Assembly: GCA_963785305.1 (NCBI GenBank)
Contig: CAWAUV010000009.1
Location: 352,001-416,000, forward strand
Direction of reading: 5' to 3'
DNA: 64,000 bases
DNA from: an uncultured Planctomycetaceae bacterium
GTDB lineage: Bacteria; Planctomycetota; Planctomycetia; Pirellulales; PALSA-1355
This document shows positions 58,720 through 64,000 of this stretch, one piece after another. A model generated the notes under the pieces. It did no database searches. It saw only the letters and a program-made list of their open reading frames with translations, and was not told the origin of the DNA. How positions within the stretch are numbered: position 1 is the first letter of the stretch; each line of letters starts with the position of its first letter. The position numbers and the translations under genes were made by a program.

Positions 58720-60624
58720 ATGCCGCGCGAGACCGCCATGCCGCCGCCGCTGCCCGACGCCGACTCGCTTGGCCAACCGGCGGTCTTGCCGCCCAGCGCC
58801 GGCCCAGCCGCCGCTTCGCTTGCAAAACCCTCGCTCAACGGCCCCTCGCTCGCGGCCAGTGCATCCGCCGCGCGCGAAATTACCGCGGCGCCGCCGGTCG
58901 AAGCGCCGCCGCTCTCGCCGCCGGTCGTGGCCCCGCCGATCGAACATCGGCCGCTGGTTTGGTGGCCAAGCATGGGCCGAGTTACTCGCAATCTTGGCGG
59001 TTTGCTATTCAATCCGCGTTTCGAGCTTAAGGCTCGCGCGGCCGGATTCTCGTTGAGCATGGCGCTTCACGCCGCGCTGTTTCTCGCCTTGAGCTTGATC
59101 TACTTCGAGCTTCCGCTGCGCGACGCGAGCGATTTCGCGCGGTTCGAAGCCACGATCGACAACGTGCTCCCGAGCCTGGAGCCGGGAGACAACGGCGCCG
59201 AGAGTGTGTCGTTTACGGCGGCGGGATTGCCCGCGCAAAAGCCGAAGAGTGTTCCGGCGGGCGATCGCCGGCAGCCCGCGCCGCTGGCCGGAGCCGACGA
59301 TATGTCGCCGCCCCCCGAACCGCTACCCGACGCGGAGCGCGCCGCCCAGACGCTTGCCGCGGCGAGCGAGCCGCCGTTGGCGCCATCGCCGAGAGACACT
59401 GTCGCGCCTCCCGCGGCGCAATCTTCGTTGGAGCGAAGCCAGTCGCGCCCCTTGTCCGCGAGCTCCACCGATCTGCTCGCGATGCGTTCGGCCGCGATCG
59501 CCACTCCGCTCGCGCCGCGCCGCCAGCCGCGACTTCCGATTCGGCCAACGCCGACGAGGCGGTCTTGGTGTCGTCGACCGCGGGCGGATTCGAAGGACGC
59601 GATCGGGCCCGGCGCGGCGAAATGTTGGGCCGCCATGGTGGCAGCGTGACGAGCGAATCGGCGGTGACGCTCGCCCTGAGTTGGCTGGCCAATCATCAGC
59701 AACCCGATGGAAGCTGGCGATTCAACCATGTCGGCCAGCGCTGCGATTACTATTGCTCGAATCCCGGCACGTTCGCCTCGACCACCGCCGCCACCGGCCT
59801 CGCGATCTTACCATTTCTAGGCGCCGGCCACACGCACGCCGATGGCGATTATCGCGAAACCGTGCGCCGCGGCCTCTTTTACTTGGGCGATCAAATGGTG
59901 GTGGGCCAACACGGTGGCGACCTGCAAGAGGGAACCATGTATTCCCAGGGCATCGCCACGATCGCGCTCTGCGAAGCCTATGGAATGACGAACGACGCGG
60001 AACTCAAGCCCTATGCGCAGGCGGCGCTCGACTTCATCGTGCATGCCCAAGACCCCGTGGGCGGCGGCTGGCGCGTATAGCCCGCGCCAGCCGGGCGACA
60101 CGACCATCTCCGGCTGGCAAATCATGGCGCTCAAGAGCGGCCTGGTCGCCGGGCTCGAGGTTCCGCAAAAGCCGTTTCACCTCGCCTCGCATTTTCTGGA
60201 TCACGTCGAGTCGGACTACGGCTCGGGCTACGGATACCTAAAGCCCGGCAAGGGGCCCACGACCAGCGCGATCGGGGTGCTGGGGCGAATGCTCACCGGC
60301 TGGCGAGTCGAGCGGCCGGCGCTCATGAGCGGCGTCGAGCGGCTGGCGAAGCTGGGCCCAGCGCCCGACGATATGTATTTCAACTACAATGCGACGCAAG
60401 TCATGCGGCATTATGGCGGCGAGACTTGGGACACTTGGAACAAAAAGATGCGCGAGCAACTCGTGCGCACGCAAAGCCACGCCGGCCACGCGGCCGGAAG
60501 CTGGTTCGAGAAAGATGAACATGGGCCCGTCGGCGGCCGGCTCTACATGACCTGCCTGGGCTGCATGACGCTCGAAGTCTACTACCGCCACATGCCCATC
60601 TATGGCGATCGGGCCACGGAATGA
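58720..60624 (+). CDS. Membrane-anchored prenyltransferase/squalene-oxidase-repeat protein (frameshifts near 59560 and 60075; start uncertain)
   Basis: SMALHAALFLALSL TM helix; ALSWLANHQQPDGSW, TGLAILPFLGAG, MYSQGIATIALCE, AQDPVGGGWRY, LEVYYRH. Confidence 0.8.
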
Positions 60625-60843
60625 GTCGTCGGCGCGAGCCGAGTCCGTCGCGGGATCCGAGGCCGAAGATCGGGCGGCCTCGTCGAATTGGCGACGCCTT
60701 CGGGCCCGCCAGCCCTCAAAAGCAATGCATTATTGCGCGCGGCGCGGAAAAGGAGTGCGATTAAGCGCCTGTCCGAAAGCTTCGGTGAGCCCTCACGCCG
60801 CACACTCCCAAACGGGGCAAGGCGGGAGTTGTTGGATAGGCTG

Positions 60844-63800
60844 CTAAACCGCCGGTTTCCGCGAGCCGGTTCCGCGGCGCCGGCGGCACAAAGCGATCGC
60901 CCAGCCGGCCAGCGAGGCGCTCGTCAAGATCAGCGTGCTCGGCTCGGGCACGACGGTGATCGTGCCGGCGCCAAAGCTGGCGCTATTCGCGCCGTCGGCG
61001 ATCAATTGCGAAACGGTATACGTTCCCGGCCCCAGCGAAGTTCCGCCGACCGAGAGACTCGACACGGTATCTGCGCCCGAGTAGTCGAGCTCGATCGTGG
61101 CGCCCGAGGCCAGCGACAATCCTCCTGCGACGCCGATATAGCTATTCGTCGTGCCACCGCCCAGGATCAGCGTGGCGGCCGAGGCGATCGAGACGATGCT
61201 CGAGCCCAGCGCGCCATCGGTCGTGACTTGCAATGTGCCTCCGGTAACGCTCGTGGGGCCCGAGTAGGCGCCAGCGGCCGTGAGCAGGAGCTCGCCGGCG
61301 TCGGCCTTGGTAAAGCCGTTGGCTCCGCCGGTGATGGCGGCGACCGCGAGGGTTCCGAGTCCGGTTCCGTTGTTGGCCACGTCGAACGTGGGCGAGCCGG
61401 TAAGCGTGACGGCGCCCAGGGTCAATTCGTAGGGGATATTCGCGCCGGTGCTGGCGCCGGTGACGAACAAGGTGTTGTTCGCCGTCGATGTGAGATCGCC
61501 AAACGTGGCGGTCGCGGCCCCGGTCAGGCTCAAGGTCGAGTTGGCGGTGAGTTGCAGGGAATTGGCGAACGTCGCTGGCGCGTTTCCGACGATTTCCACG
61601 CCGGCGACGCCGCTATTGCCACTGATGAGCGTCTGGGTGATCGTGAAGCTCGATCCGGTGACATTCGTGAACTCCGCGTAATTGGCCGAGGGCGTCGAAC
61701 CACTGGATGTGCTCGTGGTTTGCACAAGATTCACCGCGGCATTCGTTCCGCCGCCGTTTGCCTCCGTGCCGTAGTAGTAGGTCGTGCCACCGATGCTCAC
61801 GCTCGCCGTGCGGCCGTTCTGGTCGGAGCTCAGATACACGTAGACGTTGTACGACGAATATAGCACGTTCGCGAGCGTGATTTGAATGGGCGACGCCGAG
61901 CTCGAATGATCGAGATAGGCGTTCACGAGCTGCGAGTTCTGATTGGCCTCCGAGGCGCCAAATGCATCGTAGTGATCGACGACGCCCGACCAGGTGACGG
62001 TGGCTCCGCTGTTCAATCCCGTCGAATTGGAAAGCGCTAGGGGCGTCGACTGATTGAGCGCGCCTTGGTTGTTCCAGTTCGAGATCGGCACGACGCCCGC
62101 GGAACCGGTGACCGGATAGGTTCCAGCACCACGATTCGTGTCGAAGTTCAGCCCGATGTTCCCGGAGAAATTGACGGCGAGCGTGCCGCCAGCCAAGTTC
62201 ACGGCGCCGGAGCCGAGATTCCCGGGAGTCGCCACGGTGAGGGCGCCGGCGCTGATGGTCGTGCCGCCGGAATAGGAATTGGTTCCTCCGAGCGTCACGT
62301 TGTTTGTCCCCACTTTGTCGAGGGCAATCGTTCCGCCCGAGCCGGTCGAGTTGTCGACGATATTTCCGGCGAACGTGCCCGCGGCCGGCGAGGCGCCGTT
62401 GCCGATCGTGAACGTGGCCGCGGTGCTCGCGGCATTGTTGGCGACGCTTCCGGCCGAGCCGGAAAATGTTCCCACGCCGGTCGAGAAGCCGTTCAAATTC
62501 AACACGCCGCCATTGACCGTTAGGGGCGCGGTCGACGGACCGAGCGAACCGGCCACGCCGAGGTTCAAGGTCGCCGTGTTCGAAACGGTGGTTCCTCCCG
62601 TATATGTATTCACGGCGCCAAAGGTCAGCGCGCCGGAGCCGGTCACGGTCAGGCTTCCGCCGCCCGTGGAATCGATCACCGGCGCCGCGAGCACCGCCGA
62701 GTCTCCACCGGCGCCGGCGGTCACATTCATGGTGCGGGCGCCGCCTTTGAGGTCGAGGCCGTTTTGGAGCGTGGTCACGTTGTTGGCGTCGATCGAGCCG
62801 AAGAGCAAACTCGCGCTGCTGGGCAGTTGCGTGCCCCAGGCCAGCGTGGTGGGTGTCGCATTGCCGCCGACATTGACCGAGAGCGGGCCGCCGTTGGCCG
62901 AAAACCCGCCACTACCGGCGAACTGGATCGTGCCCCCGGTCGTGCCGGTGCTTTCCGTAAACGTGCCGCTGGTTTCGAGGGCGCCGCCGTCGAACACCAC
63001 GTTGCTTGACAGGTTCAAGAGCGACAAATTCGCTCCCACATTGAGCGCGCCGCCGTTGATATCCGTGGCGCCGGTATAGCTGAGCGCACCGGTCAATTGG
63101 GCGACGCCAGCGCCGAGTTGCTCGACGACGCCGGCGCCCGAGATCGCGTTGGCCACGGTCATCGCGTTGTTGCGATCGAACACGATCGAACCGCCGCTGG
63201 CGACCGTGACTCCTCCCACGCCCAAGACACCCGTCGCGCCGCCGTTGCCCACATAGAGCATGTTGTTCGATCCGGCGCCGCCATTGATGATTGTCGGGCC
63301 GGCATAGTTATTCGTGTTGTTGGTAATGTAGACCTGCGAGCCGTTATTGCCGGTGTGATAGACATCGACCTCGAGGCCGCCGGCGCCGGTGATTTGGCCG
63401 GTGAGCACCATCGATTTATCGCTCCAGCTCGTGGAGAAATTGCTGGTGGCGTTGAGCGTGATCGTGCCGGTGAAGGTGTTGCTTCCACCGCCGGCCAACA
63501 TGTCGCCGGCCAAAGCGCCGTTGTCGCCATTGAGATTCGTGGCAAGGCCGTTGAGCGTGAGCGCATTGGCGACGCTCAGGCCCGCGGCGCCAAAACTCAA
63601 CTGGGCGCCCGCGGCCACGCTGACCGGTCCTGTTCCCAGCGCCGCGGCGTTCGCCGCCCATAGTTGGCCCGACCCGACGGTCGTGCCGCCGGTGTAGGTG
63701 TTGGCGCCGGAGAGAACCCAGCCGCCGATTTGCGAACCCGAGGTGAGGCCGTCGACCACGAGGGCGACATTTCCACCGCCCGAGCCATTGCCAATGATCC

Positions 63801-64000
63801 CGGTGACTCGGCTGCCGGCGCCGCCGTATTCACCGGCGCTATCGCCTTGAATATTGGGCATTGTGCCGGTGAGCGTGAGCGTGGTCGACCCGCTGGTCGC
63901 CGAGCCGGTGATTGCTCCGCTAAAGACGAGCGGCCCGGTGGTCGTGCCGAGCGCGGCGACGGTGGCATTGCTCGAAAAGGTGTAGGCGCCGCTCGTGCCC
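60844..64000 (-). CDS. Autotransporter-associated beta-strand-repeat protein with PEP-CTERM anchor (5' end outside window)
   Basis: Multiple L.K.G.G.L.L...NTY.GGT.V..G.L repeats; C-terminal VPEPSTLIL...RRRR; frame stays open to the window end. Confidence 0.9.
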   Translation of the reverse strand, partial: GTSGAYTFSSNATVAALGTTTGPLVFSGAITGSATSGSTTLTLTGTMPNIQGDSAGEYGGAGSRVTGIIGNGSGGGNVALVVDGLTSGSQIGGWVLSGANTYTGGTTVGSGQLWAANAAALGTGPVSVAAGAQLSFGAAGLSVANALTLNGLATNLNGDNGALAGDMLAGGGSNTFTGTITLNATSNFSTSWSDKSMVLTGQITGAGGLEVDVYHTGNNGSQVYITNNTNNYAGPTIINGGAGSNNMLYVGNGGATGVLGVGGVTVASGGSIVFDRNNAMTVANAISGAGVVEQLGAGVAQLTGALSYTGATDINGGALNVGANLSLLNLSSNVVFDGGALETSGTFTESTGTTGGTIQFAGSGGFSANGGPLSVNVGGNATPTTLAWGTQLPSSASLLFGSIDANNVTTLQNGLDLKGGARTMNVTAGAGGDSAVLAAPVIDSTGGGSLTVTGSGALTFGAVNTYTGGTTVSNTATLNLGVAGSLGPSTAPLTVNGGVLNLNGFSTGVGTFSGSAGSVANNAASTAATFTIGNGASPAAGTFAGNIVDNSTGSGGTIALDKVGTNNVTLGGTNSYSGGTTISAGALTVATPGNLGSGAVNLAGGTLAVNFSGNIGLNFDTNRGAGTYPVTGSAGVVPISNWNNQGALNQSTPLALSNSTGLNSGATVTWSGVVDHYDAFGASEANQNSQLVNAYLDHSSSASPIQITLANVLYSSYNVYVYLSSDQNGRTASVSIGGTTYYYGTEANGGGTNAAVNLVQTTSTSSGSTPSANYAEFTNVTGSSFTITQTLISGNSGVAGVEIVGNAPATFANSLQLTANSTLSLTGAATATFGDLTSTANNTLFVTGASTGANIPYELTLGAVTLTGSPTFDVANNGTGLGTLAVAAITGGANGFTKADAGELLLTAAGAYSGPTSVTGGTLQVTTDGALGSSIVSIASAATLILGGGTTNSYIGVAGGLSLASGATIELDYSGADTVSSLSVGGTSLGPGTYTVSQLIADGANSASFGAGTITVVPEPSTLILTSASLAGWAIALCRRRRGTGSRKPAV

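Noticed and set aside
58162..58947. 261-aa ORF
   Set aside because: Only the last 54 codons are L33 (start 58326 with a ribosome-binding site); the rest is spurious extension.

Overview
GC-rich bacterial chromosomal window, most likely a planctomycete (Pirellulales-like). This is inferred from a BBP7 beta-barrel, LEPRxLL-type export motifs, PEP-CTERM proteins, a kinase-ECF sigma pair and prenyltransferase-repeat proteins. Many genes, including housekeeping ones, are split by single-base frameshifts, which points to long-read assembly indels, so split ORFs were rejoined by eye. About 1-31 kb and 57.5-64 kb are core or ordinary genes: mdh, thyX, an M16 peptidase pair, yhaO/yhaN-like genes, miaE, rpmG and surface proteins. 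The main result is about 33.4-55.1 kb, an apparent polymorphic toxin-immunity locus of an unusual type. A roughly 3,970-aa LEPRxLL-exported Ig/cadherin/beta-propeller stalk protein ends in an AHSxG alpha/beta-hydrolase (lipase-like) domain. It is followed by four membrane-anchored leucine-rich-repeat genes. These are interleaved with apparently silent alternative C-terminal cassettes and scrambled fragments that carry near-identical copies of the main gene's pre-toxin DNA. The array ends at an IS3 element that also truncates a DNA cytosine methyltransferase. All functional assignments come from motif recognition; no database searches were run.
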